Positions 26,788 to 38,503 of a stretch of 64,000 nt of DNA are shown here, piece after piece. Source of the DNA: a bacterium (lineage in GTDB: Bacteria; Patescibacteriota; Minisyncoccia; Phycocordibacterales; UBA9973); assembly GCA_021824345.1 (NCBI GenBank), contig JAKAKW010000006.1, forward strand, positions 10,257 through 74,256, read 5' to 3'. A program made the translations under genes and the position numbers. The notes beneath the pieces are model-generated. The model was not told where the DNA came from. It searched no databases and saw only the letters and a program-made list of their open reading frames with translations. Positions within the stretch are counted from its first letter, which is position 1. Each line of letters begins with the position of its first letter.

Positions 26788-26820
26788 ACAAAAAATCCCC
26801 TTCGGGGGATTTTTTGTTTG
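26788..26820 (+). terminator. Rho-independent terminator
   Basis: AAAAAATCCCCTTCGGGGGATTTTTTGTTTG is a perfect stem with a T-run. Confidence 0.8.
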
Positions 26821-26900
26821 CCCGCGCAGACATTTTCTGGTATATTTTTCAGTGTTTCCCTGGCTGCCGGCAGGCAGGGAACGCTGTCCTTAGTTGATAA

Positions 26901-26972
26901 GCGTGTGTAGTTCAGTGGTAGAACGCTGTCCTGATAAGACAGAGGTCCTTGGTCCGATTCCAAGCACACGCA
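26901..26972 (+). tRNA. tRNA-Ile (anticodon GAT)
   Basis: Acceptor GCGTGTG/CACACGC, anticodon stem-loop CTGTC-CTGATAA-GACAG, T loop TCCGATT. Confidence 0.85.
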
Positions 26973-27048
26973 CATTTGCATAAGTAAATATTTTCCTTTA
27001 TACTATGCGCATAAAGCCTTTTCTGGCTTTGTTTTCGTGGAGGACAAC

Positions 27049-27360
27049 ATGAACAATCAAGGCAAGGGGGGTCCCTGGTGGAGAGAGGCCGCTTTTCTTT
27101 TTAGCGAAATTTCCGCCTGGATTGTGTTTCCCATAGTTGCGGCCCTTGTGGCCGGGAAAGCCCTTGATGCCAAATATGGCACATCGCCCTGGCTGTTCAT
27201 AACAATGGCGGCTTTTGGTTTCTTAATTACCGCCTACGGGATAGTGCGGTCGGTAAAAAAATATTCCAGCATATCAAAGATAAAGAAAGAAGACTGGAAG
27301 ATGCTTAAGAAAATCCCGAAGGAAGATTCCGACACTGAACAAGAAAAAAAGAGCATATGA
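27049..27360 (+). CDS. AtpI/AtpZ-like small membrane protein preceding the ATP synthase operon
   Basis: Two TM helices. The gene sits immediately upstream of and overlapping atpB, and GGAGGA lies 6 nt before the ATG. Confidence 0.5.
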   Translation: MNNQGKGGPWWREAAFLFSEISAWIVFPIVAALVAGKALDAKYGTSPWLFITMAAFGFLITAYGIVRSVKKYSSISKIKKEDWKMLKKIPKEDSDTEQEKKSI

Positions 27361-28217
27361 ATTTTATCCAAGAAATAAGCCTGTTTGCCGAACCGGTTGC
27401 GCATATAGGAAAATATGTGATCACCAACTCCATGCTGTCCAGCTGGCTGGCCGTGATTATCATCGTCGCGCTGTCTCTTGTTTTACGTTCAAAAATTAAT
27501 GAAATTCCCCGCGGAATCCAGAATCTTTTTGAAATGATAGTGGAAAGCTCGCTTTCTCTCATTGACCAGGTTACGGGAAGCCGAAAGCTCTCGGAAAAAG
27601 TTTTTCCCATAGCCCTTCCGCTTTTCCTTTTTATACTCTTAAACAATTGGATCGGCCTTTTGCCGTTGGGCTGGATGGGCCAAGTTGAGCATGTAAAGGA
27701 GGGTTTTGCCTTCATTCCGTATCTGCGCGGCGGCTCGGCCGACGTGAATACTACAATCGCCCTGGCTGTGATGTCCGTGGTGGCTGCCAACCTATTCGGA
27801 GTGCTTTCCATCGGCATTTGGAAAGTGTTCAACAAGTATGTTAATATCAAGGTGCTTAGCACTATCCCAAGCAAGATAAAAAAGGATCTGACCGTGATTA
27901 TCGTGGCCCCGATCACTTTTTTCGTGGGATTGATTGAAATAATAGGAGAGATCGCCAAAATGGTTTCCCTGGCTTTCCGTCTTTTCGGAAACATTTTTGC
28001 CGGAGAAGTGCTTTTGGCGTCCATGGCGGCTCTTATCCCGTATCTGGTGCCCGTGCCCTTCGTTTTCCTGGAGCTTCTTATGACCTCTATCCAAGCCTTG
28101 ATTTTTGCCATGCTGGTTGTGGTATACTTTACGATTTCCTCAAGCGAGCACGGAGAAGAGACGGAAGAAATCAGAGAAGAGCAAGAGGAAATCAGAGAAG
28201 AGCTGTCATCGGCATAA
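27357..28217 (+). CDS. atpB: ATP synthase F0 subunit a
   Basis: Conserved Arg-containing helix FRLFGNIFAGEVLL, multiple TM segments, and position in the operon. Confidence 0.9.
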   Translation: MNFIQEISLFAEPVAHIGKYVITNSMLSSWLAVIIIVALSLVLRSKINEIPRGIQNLFEMIVESSLSLIDQVTGSRKLSEKVFPIALPLFLFILLNNWIGLLPLGWMGQVEHVKEGFAFIPYLRGGSADVNTTIALAVMSVVAANLFGVLSIGIWKVFNKYVNIKVLSTIPSKIKKDLTVIIVAPITFFVGLIEIIGEIAKMVSLAFRLFGNIFAGEVLLASMAALIPYLVPVPFVFLELLMTSIQALIFAMLVVVYFTISSSEHGEETEEIREEQEEIREELSSA

Positions 28218-28331
28218 AAGGCATAAGGGGACGGAGGGCAACCCTCCGCCAAGAAAAATGACGAATTCAAACGAAACAATGCAAAGGTCAATATTATCAG
28301 CCACCTCGCGCCAAAGCGAGAGTTAACATAA

Positions 28332-28547
<216 letters not shown>

Positions 28548-28613
28548 TTGGATGCTGGGGATTAGGTTCCAGAATACTGGAACCTAGAACCCAGTACCTA
28601 AAGCAAAAAAGGC

Positions 28614-29105
28614 ATGGATTCAATAATTTCAACATTTCACATAGACGTAAAGACGCTGATAACCCAAGCGGTCAATTTCAGCATTGTGCTCGTGGTCCTA
28701 TACATGTTCGCCTTGAAGCCCATTCAGAAAATCATGCGCGAACGCACGGCCAAGATAGAGAAAGGCATTGAGGACGCGAAAAAGAACGAAGAGATGCTCA
28801 GGAAGAGCAAAGAAGATTACGATCAATCCATGGCCAAGGCCAAGGCGGAAGCGAACGATCTGCTTAAGGACATGAAGAAGGAGGTTTCGGAAAAGCGTTC
28901 AGCCATGCTGGAAGATGCCAAAACGGAAGTGGCTGCCGCGATAGCCGCAGGAAAACAGAGCTTGGAAAGCGAAAAGCAGAAAATGCTTTCCGATGCCAAA
29001 AAAGAGCTGGCGGCCCTCGCCATCCAGGTTACGGAAAAGGTTTTGGGAGAAAAAGTGGACGCTTCATACCAAGAGAAGGCGGCCAAGGAAGTAAGCAAGA
29101 TATGA
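28614..29105 (+). CDS. atpF: ATP synthase F0 subunit b
   Basis: N-terminal TM then a long charged helix, and operon position. Confidence 0.85.
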   Translation: MDSIISTFHIDVKTLITQAVNFSIVLVVLYMFALKPIQKIMRERTAKIEKGIEDAKKNEEMLRKSKEDYDQSMAKAKAEANDLLKDMKKEVSEKRSAMLEDAKTEVAAAIAAGKQSLESEKQKMLSDAKKELAALAIQVTEKVLGEKVDASYQEKAAKEVSKI

Positions 29106-29497
29106 AAAAAGTTGAATCATACAGCGACATAGCGGAAGCCATTTTGGAAAGCGCCAGAGGAAAAGGAACGGAAGGGGCGCGCAGCGTCGCGCGTTTCCTG
29201 GCCAAAAAAGGCTTGCTTCGAGAGTCGGAAAATATTCTGGCAGAGGCGGAAAAAATAGAGAACAGGAAAGAAGGCAAGGTCCCGGCAAAACTTTTTTCTC
29301 CCCATGCGCCGTCTACGCATTTAAAGCACGAGCTTTCGGAAATGCTCCGCAAGCGATATTCCGCCAAAGAAATTGAATGGCATGAATTTCTTGACCCCGC
29401 CTTGCTCGGAGGATTCAGGATTGAGGCCGAAGGGGAAGTGATAGACGCCACCATAAAAGGAAAAATTAAAAAATTACAAGCATATTTAACAAATTAA
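29102..29497 (+). CDS. atpH: ATP synthase F1 delta subunit (short form, 131 aa)
   Basis: Operon position and an OSCP-like C-terminus ([25 protein letters not shown]). Confidence 0.7.
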   Translation: MKKVESYSDIAEAILESARGKGTEGARSVARFLAKKGLLRESENILAEAEKIENRKEGKVPAKLFSPHAPSTHLKHELSEMLRKRYSAKEIEWHEFLDPALLGGFRIEAEGEVIDATIKGKIKKLQAYLTN

Positions 29498-29501
29498 AAA
29501 G

Positions 29502-31001
29502 ATGAGCACCATCGTAGAAAATTTAAGAAAAGAGATAGAGGGATTCAAGGCGGAACTTCGGGCGGAAAAGGTAGGGCATGTGCTGGAAGTATTTGACGGC
29601 ATCGCTCTCGTTTCGGGACTTTCCGACGTTCGATCCTCGGAAATGATCGAATTTTCCGGCGGAGAAATGGGAGTGGCGCTCAATCTTGAAGAAGACACTG
29701 TGGGGGTGATCATCCTCGGCGATTTTTCCAAAATCAAAGAGGGCGACGAAGTGCGGGGTACGGGCAGAATTTTGGAAGTGCCCGTATCAGAGGCTTTCCT
29801 GGGAAGAACGGTAAATCCGCTTGGAGAGCCGGTGGATGGAAAAGGAACAATTAAATCTGAAAAGGCTTACCCCATTGAACGCATCGCCCCCGGAGTCATT
29901 ACCCGCCAGGGAGTTTCAGAACCGGTGGCCACCGGCATAAAAGTGATAGATGCGATCATACCGATCGGCCGCGGGCAGCGCGAACTTATCATAGGGGATC
30001 GCCAGACGGGCAAAACCGCAATCGCCATAGATACCATATTGAACCAGAAAGGGCAGAACATGATTTGCGTATATGTTTCCATAGGACAAAAAGATTCCAA
30101 ACTGCGAAAGATTGAAAACAGACTGCAGGAAGGAGGAGCCATGGAATACACGGTAATCGTAAAGGCGTCCGCCTCTGAAGCGGCTTCACTGACCTATATT
30201 GCTCCGTATGCCGGAGTTTCCATAGCAGAATATTTCATGGATCAGGGCAAAGATGTACTCATCATTTACGATGACCTTTCCAAGCACGCCGTGGCTTATC
30301 GCGAAATTTCCCTGCTTCTGCGAAGACCGCCCGGCCGCGAGGCGTATCCGGGAGATGTTTTTTATCTTCACTCCAGGCTCTTGGAGCGCGCCTGCCGAAG
30401 GAACAAGGAATACGGAGGAGGTTCCATCACCGCCCTGCCGATAATCGAGACTCAAGCCGGCGACGTTTCCGCTTACATTCCGACCAACGTGATTTCCATC
30501 ACCGACGGACAGATATTCTTGGAGACTGATCTTTTTTATAAAGGCATTCGACCGGCAGTAAACGTCGGACTTTCCGTTTCCCGTGTCGGCTCTTCCGCTC
30601 AGATCAAAGCCATGAAAAAAGTTGCCGGGACTTTGAAATTGGACCTGGCCCAATACCGTGAATTGGAAGCTTTCGCTCAATTCGGTTCCGACCTGGACGA
30701 GGCCACCAAGGTGCAACTGGAAAGGGGAAAACGCTCCATTGAAGTACTAAAACAACCCCAGTATCAGCCGGTTCGCATGGACAGGGAAGTGATCGCCATT
30801 TATGCGCTTTCCAAAGGGTACATGGATGACGTCCCCGTTGAGAAAGTGCGCGAATTCGAAGAAGGATTGCTTGATTATGCGGATACCAACGCCAAAGGCT
30901 TTCTGAAGGAAATTCAGACGGAAAAAATGTGGACCGACAAAGGCGAGGCGGAGCTGAAGCAGGCGATTGAGGAGTATAAAAAAATATTTCTTGCGAAGTA
31001 G
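29502..31001 (+). CDS. atpA: ATP synthase F1 alpha subunit
   Basis: Walker A GDRQTGKT and alpha-specific motifs. Confidence 0.95.
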   Translation: MSTIVENLRKEIEGFKAELRAEKVGHVLEVFDGIALVSGLSDVRSSEMIEFSGGEMGVALNLEEDTVGVIILGDFSKIKEGDEVRGTGRILEVPVSEAFLGRTVNPLGEPVDGKGTIKSEKAYPIERIAPGVITRQGVSEPVATGIKVIDAIIPIGRGQRELIIGDRQTGKTAIAIDTILNQKGQNMICVYVSIGQKDSKLRKIENRLQEGGAMEYTVIVKASASEAASLTYIAPYAGVSIAEYFMDQGKDVLIIYDDLSKHAVAYREISLLLRRPPGREAYPGDVFYLHSRLLERACRRNKEYGGGSITALPIIETQAGDVSAYIPTNVISITDGQIFLETDLFYKGIRPAVNVGLSVSRVGSSAQIKAMKKVAGTLKLDLAQYRELEAFAQFGSDLDEATKVQLERGKRSIEVLKQPQYQPVRMDREVIAIYALSKGYMDDVPVEKVREFEEGLLDYADTNAKGFLKEIQTEKMWTDKGEAELKQAIEEYKKIFLAK

Positions 31002-31062
31002 GCAGCAGAGTGGGAGGCAAGGCCTCCCGCTAAATGAAAATGTGGCATAATAAATAATTCAA

Positions 31063-32007
31063 ATGGCAGGAACAAAAGAGATTAAAAGGAGAATAAAAAG
31101 CATTGGCAACATCAAGAAAATTACAAAAGCGATGGAGCTGGTGGCTGCCGCCAAAATGAAGAAGGCTGTATCCAATGCCCTGGCCTCCCGCCTGTACGCC
31201 GAATATTCTTGGGAGATACTTTCTTCCATCGGACGGAACGTGGAAAACATTGAACACCCGCTTTTCAATGAGCGCGAAGTAAAAAATGTTCTCCTGATAT
31301 TGATTACCTCCAATCGCGGCTTGTGCGGAGCGTACAATGCCCAAGTGGGCAAAAGCGCCGTTGCATTTCTCAAAAACGCGGAAAGCGATTACCCCGGAGC
31401 TTCTTTGAGCCTTATTACAGTGGGAAAGAAAGGGGAAAGCCTTTTTCGCCGGCTCGGCAAAAATATTGTGGCAAGTTTCCCGGATATGCCGGATAACGTA
31501 ACTCTTCGGGACATTCTTCCCATTTCAAGCCTTGTTCTTGAGGAATACGCCAAGGAAAACTACGACCGCGTGGCGGTGGCGTACACTGATTTTGTGTCTC
31601 CCTTGGTTCAACGGCCAAACATAAAACAAATTGCGCCCGTTTCCAGAAAAGAGCTCAAGGAACTGCTTCAAACTATCGGCGAAGAGAAAAGCAAGATAAA
31701 GTTGCATAACGGCAACGGTAACGGCGAGGCAAAGGCTTCTGTCCAAAAAACGGACTACCTTTTTGAAGGAGATCAGAATGCGCTTATAAGCTCCCTGGCG
31801 GAAAAGCTTCTGCGCATGCAGGTTTACCAAGTGATGCTTGAGTCCAGAGCTTCGGAACAGTCGGCCAGAATGGTGGCAATGAAAAACGCAACCGACGCGG
31901 CCGGAGAAATGATTGAAGATTTCACTTTGGTGTTCAACAAAGCCCGCCAGGCCGGAATTACCCGCGAGATTTCAGAAATATCCGCGGGCATGGCCAGCGT
32001 AAATTAA
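31063..32007 (+). CDS. atpG: ATP synthase F1 gamma subunit
   Basis: N-terminus IKRRIKSIGNIKKITKAMELVAAAKM and C-terminal helix. Confidence 0.9.
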   Translation: MAGTKEIKRRIKSIGNIKKITKAMELVAAAKMKKAVSNALASRLYAEYSWEILSSIGRNVENIEHPLFNEREVKNVLLILITSNRGLCGAYNAQVGKSAVAFLKNAESDYPGASLSLITVGKKGESLFRRLGKNIVASFPDMPDNVTLRDILPISSLVLEEYAKENYDRVAVAYTDFVSPLVQRPNIKQIAPVSRKELKELLQTIGEEKSKIKLHNGNGNGEAKASVQKTDYLFEGDQNALISSLAEKLLRMQVYQVMLESRASEQSARMVAMKNATDAAGEMIEDFTLVFNKARQAGITREISEISAGMASVN

Positions 32008-32026
32008 CAGAATTAATTATTAGTAA

Positions 32027-33397
<1,371 letters not shown>

Positions 33398-33405
33398 AAT
33401 TCTTT

Positions 33406-33522
33406 TTGGGGTCTGCGACATTCTTCTCTCCGGGCACGGGATTTTCCCTGCTGGGAAAATCCCTGAAGTTCTCGCGCCGTCGCGCTCGAAACCCCCTCCG
33501 ATAAGAATGTCGCAGACCCCAA
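33406..33522. repeat. MITE-like element with perfect 20-bp terminal inverted repeats in the atpD-atpC spacer
   Basis: TTGGGGTCTGCGACATTCTT at 33406-33425 pairs with AAGAATGTCGCAGACCCCAA at 33503-33522. The interior holds a second palindrome, GGGATTTTCCC/GGGAAAATCCC. Confidence 0.65.
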
Positions 33523-33543
33523 ACGAGTTTTCAATTAAATATT

Positions 33544-33987
33544 ATGAAAAAGTTAAAACTAAAAGTCATCACTCCTGAAAAACTGATTCTTGAGGAAGAG
33601 GTTGATCAGGTAAGTTTGCCCACCACCATGGGAGAAATTACCGTTTTGCCTGATCACGTTCCGCTTATCGCGAATCTCGCTTCGGGAGACATCGTGGCCG
33701 TGTCCGGCGGCGAGCACGTACCTATGGCCGTGGCCGGAGGATTTATTGAAGTAAAGAAAGGCGAAAGCGGAGAAACAAACGTGGCCGTTTTGGCCGATTT
33801 TGCCGAGCAAGTTGCGGAATTGACAGAGGAAGCCGTTGAAAAGGCAAAGGCTCGAGCCGAGGACTTGCGGAAAAAAATGGAGAACAAGGAAACTGTAGAC
33901 TTTGAACACTTCACCGCCGAGCTTGAAAAAACTCTCACTCGCATAAAAATCGCCGACAAGTGGCGGACCAGAAAATATAGAAAGTAG
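33544..33987 (+). CDS. atpC: ATP synthase F1 epsilon subunit
   Basis: Beta-sandwich N-terminus (KLKVITPEKLILEEEVDQVSLPTTMGEITVLPDHVPL) and helical C-terminus. Confidence 0.85.
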   Translation: MKKLKLKVITPEKLILEEEVDQVSLPTTMGEITVLPDHVPLIANLASGDIVAVSGGEHVPMAVAGGFIEVKKGESGETNVAVLADFAEQVAELTEEAVEKAKARAEDLRKKMENKETVDFEHFTAELEKTLTRIKIADKWRTRKYRK

Positions 33988-33988
33988 A

Positions 33989-34684
33989 ATGTCGAAATTT
34001 TACGTTATAGCGACGCCGATAGGGAATCTGGGAGATATCACATATCGGGCGATTGAAACGCTCAAAAGCGTGGATTTGGTGCTTTGCGAGGATACGAGGG
34101 TTACCAAGAAACTTTTAGATAGATACGGCATAAAAGTGCCGACTATGAGCTATCACGCTCAGAGCAAGCTTTCCAAGACGGAAAAGATTTTTGAATTGCT
34201 TGGTGATGAAAAAAACTTGGCATTAGTATCAGATGCCGGTACGCCCGGGATTTCGGACCCGGGGGTTTTGCTTGTTTCAAAAATAAAGGAAAAGTTTGGC
34301 GGGGAATCTGAAGGCTCCGGCGAAGAGGTGCAGATAATTCCAATACCCGGCGCAACCGCGTTCGTTACGGCACTTTCGGCTTCAGGATTGCCCACCCATG
34401 AATTCACATTCCTGGGTTTTTTGCCGCATAAAAAAGGAAGGGAGACATTGTTCAAAGAGATTGCGGAAGCGAAGCGAACAATGGTATTTTACGAATCTCC
34501 GCACCGCATTATGAAAACATTGGAATCTTTGCAAAAATTCTGCCCGGATAAAAAGGTGTGCCTTGCCCGCGAGCTCACAAAAATTTATGAAGAATTCAAA
34601 ACCGGCTCGCCTGCGGAAATTTTCGAGTATCTAAAAAATAATTCTGAAAAGCAAAGGGGAGAATTTACCATCATTGTAGCTTGA
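33989..34684 (+). CDS. rsmI: 16S rRNA (cytidine1402-2'-O)-methyltransferase RsmI (tetrapyrrole-methylase fold)
   Basis: YVIATPIGNLGDITYRAIETLKSVDLVLCEDTRVT is the canonical RsmI N-terminus. Confidence 0.85.
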   Translation: MSKFYVIATPIGNLGDITYRAIETLKSVDLVLCEDTRVTKKLLDRYGIKVPTMSYHAQSKLSKTEKIFELLGDEKNLALVSDAGTPGISDPGVLLVSKIKEKFGGESEGSGEEVQIIPIPGATAFVTALSASGLPTHEFTFLGFLPHKKGRETLFKEIAEAKRTMVFYESPHRIMKTLESLQKFCPDKKVCLARELTKIYEEFKTGSPAEIFEYLKNNSEKQRGEFTIIVA

Positions 34685-34690
34685 TGTCTG

Positions 34691-34711
34691 GGGCGGAGGG
34701 TAATCCTCCGC
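34691..34711. repeat. REP-like hairpin family C (GGCGGAGGGTAATCCTCCGCC)
   Basis: Perfect 8-bp stem. A related copy GGACGGAGGGCAACCCTCCGCC at 28229-28250 follows atpB. This copy lies between the convergent rsmI and priA genes. Confidence 0.6.
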
Positions 34712-34730
34712 CGTTCGCGTTTTTTGTCAA

Positions 34731-36722
34731 TTAAAGCAAATCCTCCGGGTCAACATTGACGGTATAGTCCGGCGGAAGAGCGAGCAAGCGGAAAAGCAGG
34801 CCTTGATCCAGCGTCGCGTTTGGCACTAGCTCCGGCAAAGACCAGCTTTCAGGGCGCAATTTTATGAGCGCATTTGTCATATACTTGTCCTTCACTTTTG
34901 GCACGAATCCGCTGAAAATTTCCGGTTGGTATCCCAGGAAAGTGTCACCCAAAATTTTTCTGGCGTCGGCAGTTTTCCTCTTGTCCCCGGCATAGCTTAC
35001 CTTGATGAATCTTCGATACGGCGGATATCCCAGGTTCATGCGTTCGTCAAGCTCGTTGCGCACGAATTCCGCCAGGTTGTCGCTTCGCACAGCTCGCATC
35101 TCCGGGGAATCTTCGTTTTTTGTTTCTATGATCAATGTTTTTTCTGTTTTGGACATTATCGATACCAAAAGCTGGATGATTTTTTCGCTCATTCTGAAGT
35201 TCGGGATGCTCCATAAGGAATCAAATGAGGCGATGATGGACGCCGGCACCGAATTGTTCAGGTAGAAAAGCGCTAGTTCTGTTCCGACGAGTATGGCTCC
35301 CTTGCTCTCCTCAAATTCCTTCGCAGTTTTTTCCGCCTGCTTGCCCGTTTTTACCGTTTCCCTGTCCAGCTTGAATATTTTTACCCGTTTCTTCTTTCCC
35401 CCGAAAATATTGCGGAGTTCTTCTTCCACAGTATCTGTCCCGATGCCGAGCGGCGCCAGATTCCATCCACCGCAATTCGGACATACTGTATCCGGGCTCT
35501 TTTCGCTCCGGCAGCGATTGCATACAAACATTCGCTTGTTTCCGCTTTTTGAAACGTACAGTACCACCGGAGAAAGGCAGTGATCGCAAGAAAGGGATTC
35601 ACCGCAGTCCCGGCAGACGGTAAATGTGGCCAAGCCTTTTCTCAGGGAAAAAACGAAGACATTTTTTCCATGTTCAACGGACTCTTTTATTTGTCTGACG
35701 CTTCTATCCGAAAGGATTCTGAATTTTGCGCCCGCCGCCGCGCCTGATGAATTTTCTTCTGTATCGGCGCCATCCTTCCTTTCGCCCCTTTGGGAAATGA
35801 CCAAATCTCCTTCAAAATTTGTGCGAAAAGACAAGGGGCGGATTTCCGTCCAGCCGGTAACCTCCTTCTTTGCGATGCTTTCAAATCGAAGCATGGAATC
35901 TCCCAAAATGAATTTGGCCCCGGCTTTTCCCGCGAATATTTCGGCAAATATGCGCATATCTAGATAGGGTCTTGCCAGAGTTTTGTAAGCCGTACTGTTT
36001 TCATGTTCCACCACAATTGCGCCTAGGCGCGGAATGGGCACGGACAAATATGGTGCTGTGCCGAAAATCAAAAGGGGATGGCTTGAGGAAACAATTTTTT
36101 CGTAATTTTCCAGCAATTTTTTCGGCTTTGCTCCTCCGTGCATGGAAAAGGAGAATTTCTCAATGCCGCGCGAAAGGAAAGAAGAAAAAATTTCAATGTC
36201 CCGCTCTGTGGGCAAGCAGATAAAAACAGACTTCTTTTCGGCAAAGGAGCTCCGCACCATATTCTTGTAAAAGGAAATCCTGTCATCAAACGGCGCCTGG
36301 AATATCATTTTTTCCGGCCGGATATTTTGAGAACTATCCGGCTTGTCGGCGTTTTCGGGACTTTTCCCGATTTTTGCCAAGGCATCGTAGTTTTCCCGAA
36401 AAATGGCTGGAAGAAGAGCGGCCGCAACGGAACTTTTGCGCGAAGCGAAGTATTCGGCAGATCGAAAAACGGCATTTAAAAATTCTTCCCGCCACACCGA
36501 GGGTCCCTTGTCTTCGGTTATTTTTTTCAGATTGAATGCCGCCCCCTTCAGGCCCGCTTTCAGAATACTTGCCTCCTCTACGGATACTGCCAGGCTCAGA
36601 GCCTTCTTGCCTCTTATGGGCGTTTCAACGATATTCCCGACCGCGATATTTTTTGAGGTGAAATATGTCAAATCGTCCCGGAACATGCCTTTTTTGAGCG
36701 GAATTACGGTGACGATTTTCAT
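34731..36722 (-). CDS. priA: Primosomal protein N' (PriA)-like helicase, apparently lacking a canonical Walker A motif
   Basis: N-terminal 3'-DNA-binding domain, motif Ia-like FICLPTERD, motif II-like VVEHENS, and the PriA Cys-rich zinc region (CRDCGESLSCDHC...CNRCRS...CPNCGG). No GxGKT motif was found. Confidence 0.65.
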   Translation of the reverse strand: MKIVTVIPLKKGMFRDDLTYFTSKNIAVGNIVETPIRGKKALSLAVSVEEASILKAGLKGAAFNLKKITEDKGPSVWREEFLNAVFRSAEYFASRKSSVAAALLPAIFRENYDALAKIGKSPENADKPDSSQNIRPEKMIFQAPFDDRISFYKNMVRSSFAEKKSVFICLPTERDIEIFSSFLSRGIEKFSFSMHGGAKPKKLLENYEKIVSSSHPLLIFGTAPYLSVPIPRLGAIVVEHENSTAYKTLARPYLDMRIFAEIFAGKAGAKFILGDSMLRFESIAKKEVTGWTEIRPLSFRTNFEGDLVISQRGERKDGADTEENSSGAAAGAKFRILSDRSVRQIKESVEHGKNVFVFSLRKGLATFTVCRDCGESLSCDHCLSPVVLYVSKSGNKRMFVCNRCRSEKSPDTVCPNCGGWNLAPLGIGTDTVEEELRNIFGGKKKRVKIFKLDRETVKTGKQAEKTAKEFEESKGAILVGTELALFYLNNSVPASIIASFDSLWSIPNFRMSEKIIQLLVSIMSKTEKTLIIETKNEDSPEMRAVRSDNLAEFVRNELDERMNLGYPPYRRFIKVSYAGDKRKTADARKILGDTFLGYQPEIFSGFVPKVKDKYMTNALIKLRPESWSLPELVPNATLDQGLLFRLLALPPDYTVNVDPEDLL

Positions 36723-36759
36723 GCTTTTATTTTAACACATTTGTGCTATATTACTTCCG

Positions 36760-37773
36760 ATGGGAATTTTTTCCAGAAAATTGGGAATTGATCTCGGCAC
36801 AGCCAACACGCTGGTTTTTTTGCCGGGAAAGGGGATAGTGCTCAATGAGCCCTCGGTGGTCGCCGTATCGGAGCAAGGAAACAAGATTTTGGCCATAGGA
36901 GTGGAAGCCAAGGACATGATAGGCAAGACGCCGGAGGCCATTATCACTTACCGGCCCATGAAGGACGGAGTTATCGCCGATTACAGGGTAACCCAGGCCA
37001 TGCTCCACTATTTCATCAATAAATCTCTCGGGAAATTCAATTTAATGAAGCCGGACGTGATGGTTTCAGTGCCCGCCGGAGTAACTTCCACGGAGCGCAG
37101 GGCGGTGGTTGAAGCGGCCATCAGAGCGGGAGCAAGAAACGCCTACGTGGTAAAAGAGCCGATTCTGGCCGCCATAGGTGCGGGTATTCCAATTTACGAA
37201 TCAAAAGGATACATGGTGGTGGACATTGGCGGGGGTACCACGGATGTGGCGGTCATATCCCTGGGAGGAATCGTGTCCTCTACGTCTGTAAAATGCGCTG
37301 GCAACAAGATTGACCAAGCTATTGCCGATTACATAAAGAAAACTTTCAATCTTGCCATAGGCGAACGCACTGCGGAAGAAGTGAAGATTAAAATAGGCGC
37401 GGCTGTTCCCCTTGAAGAAGAACTGCGGGTCACAATCAAAGGCCGAGATTTCATTCAAGGACTTCCGCGTTCCGCCCAAGTCGGCACCAATGAAATAGTG
37501 AAAGCGATTGACGTGGAACTCCGACAGATCATCAAGGCCATCAAGGACGTTTTGGCTGAAACACCGCCCGAATTGGCATCGGACATCATGGACTACGGCA
37601 TAATTATGACCGGAGGATCATCTCAGTTGCGGAACCTTACCGATCTCGTCTACAGGCGCACCGGGGTAAAGGCCTCCTTGGCCGAAGACCCGCTTTTCTG
37701 CGTGGCAAAGGGCACCGGCATCGCCTTGGAGCATCTGGATGTTTACAAGAAGGCAATCTTGAGCAAAAAATGA
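36760..37773 (+). CDS. mreB: Rod shape-determining protein MreB
   Basis: Actin-fold phosphate-1 motif GIDLGTANTLVF, and DIGGGTTD. Confidence 0.9.
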   Translation: MGIFSRKLGIDLGTANTLVFLPGKGIVLNEPSVVAVSEQGNKILAIGVEAKDMIGKTPEAIITYRPMKDGVIADYRVTQAMLHYFINKSLGKFNLMKPDVMVSVPAGVTSTERRAVVEAAIRAGARNAYVVKEPILAAIGAGIPIYESKGYMVVDIGGGTTDVAVISLGGIVSSTSVKCAGNKIDQAIADYIKKTFNLAIGERTAEEVKIKIGAAVPLEEELRVTIKGRDFIQGLPRSAQVGTNEIVKAIDVELRQIIKAIKDVLAETPPELASDIMDYGIIMTGGSSQLRNLTDLVYRRTGVKASLAEDPLFCVAKGTGIALEHLDVYKKAILSKK

Positions 37774-38480
37774 GCATCAGGGATAACCTGGACAAAGAGA
37801 ATTTGCACCACGCGTACCTCATTGAAGGCGGAAAGGAAGAAGCGTCGGTTGAAATATTGGAATGGCTGGAGGAAGCAGGAATCGAAACCAGGGGCAATCC
37901 GGACTTTGTTCGCATCTCCTTGGACAGCCTAAAAATTGAAGACGCATTTAATCTGCGAGAAATGGCGTCCGAGAAAAGCTTCTCGGGAGGAAAAAAAATT
38001 TTTTTGCTCTCCGTCAATTCCATTACCGGAGATGCGCAAGGAATACTGCTCAAAGCCTTTGAAGACCCGGCTGCGGACACCCACTTTTTTATGATCGTGC
38101 CGGATGCTTCGGCGCTGTTTCCGACCCTGCTTTCAAGGTTTTACGTAATTTCAGGAAGAGAAAACGGAAGTTCTTCCCTGGGTAATGCGGAAAAAAAAGA
38201 GGCAGAGGAATTTTTGGCCATGCGCCCCGCCCAAAGGATAGATTTTTTGAAGGAATTTTTAAAGGAAGAGGATAACGAGGACGAGGAATCTGCCGATTCT
38301 TCCCGAGCGCGCGCCGGCAGGTTTTTGAATGTTCTTGAGACGGTGCTTCATAAAAAACTCAGTCCGGAAACGGCGCCGGTCTTTGAACGCATATTCAGCG
38401 TCAGGCAATATCTGCGCATGCCGGGATCTTCGGTAAAAAATCTTATGGAATCCGTAGCCTTGGCTATACCAAAACAGTGA
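37770..38480 (+). CDS. holB: DNA polymerase III delta' subunit-like (HolB, short form)
   Basis: AAA+ clamp-loader-like HAYLIEG, LLKAFEDP, and a Sensor-1-like region TLLSRF. Confidence 0.5.
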   Translation: MSIRDNLDKENLHHAYLIEGGKEEASVEILEWLEEAGIETRGNPDFVRISLDSLKIEDAFNLREMASEKSFSGGKKIFLLSVNSITGDAQGILLKAFEDPAADTHFFMIVPDASALFPTLLSRFYVISGRENGSSSLGNAEKKEAEEFLAMRPAQRIDFLKEFLKEEDNEDEESADSSRARAGRFLNVLETVLHKKLSPETAPVFERIFSVRQYLRMPGSSVKNLMESVALAIPKQ

Positions 38481-38503
38481 TTTTTCTGGTACAATAGGGC
38501 TAT

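Noticed and set aside
36138-36735. Plus-strand ORFs of 113 and 110 aa inside the priA region
   Set aside because: They are antisense to priA and their translations are arginine/proline-rich junk.
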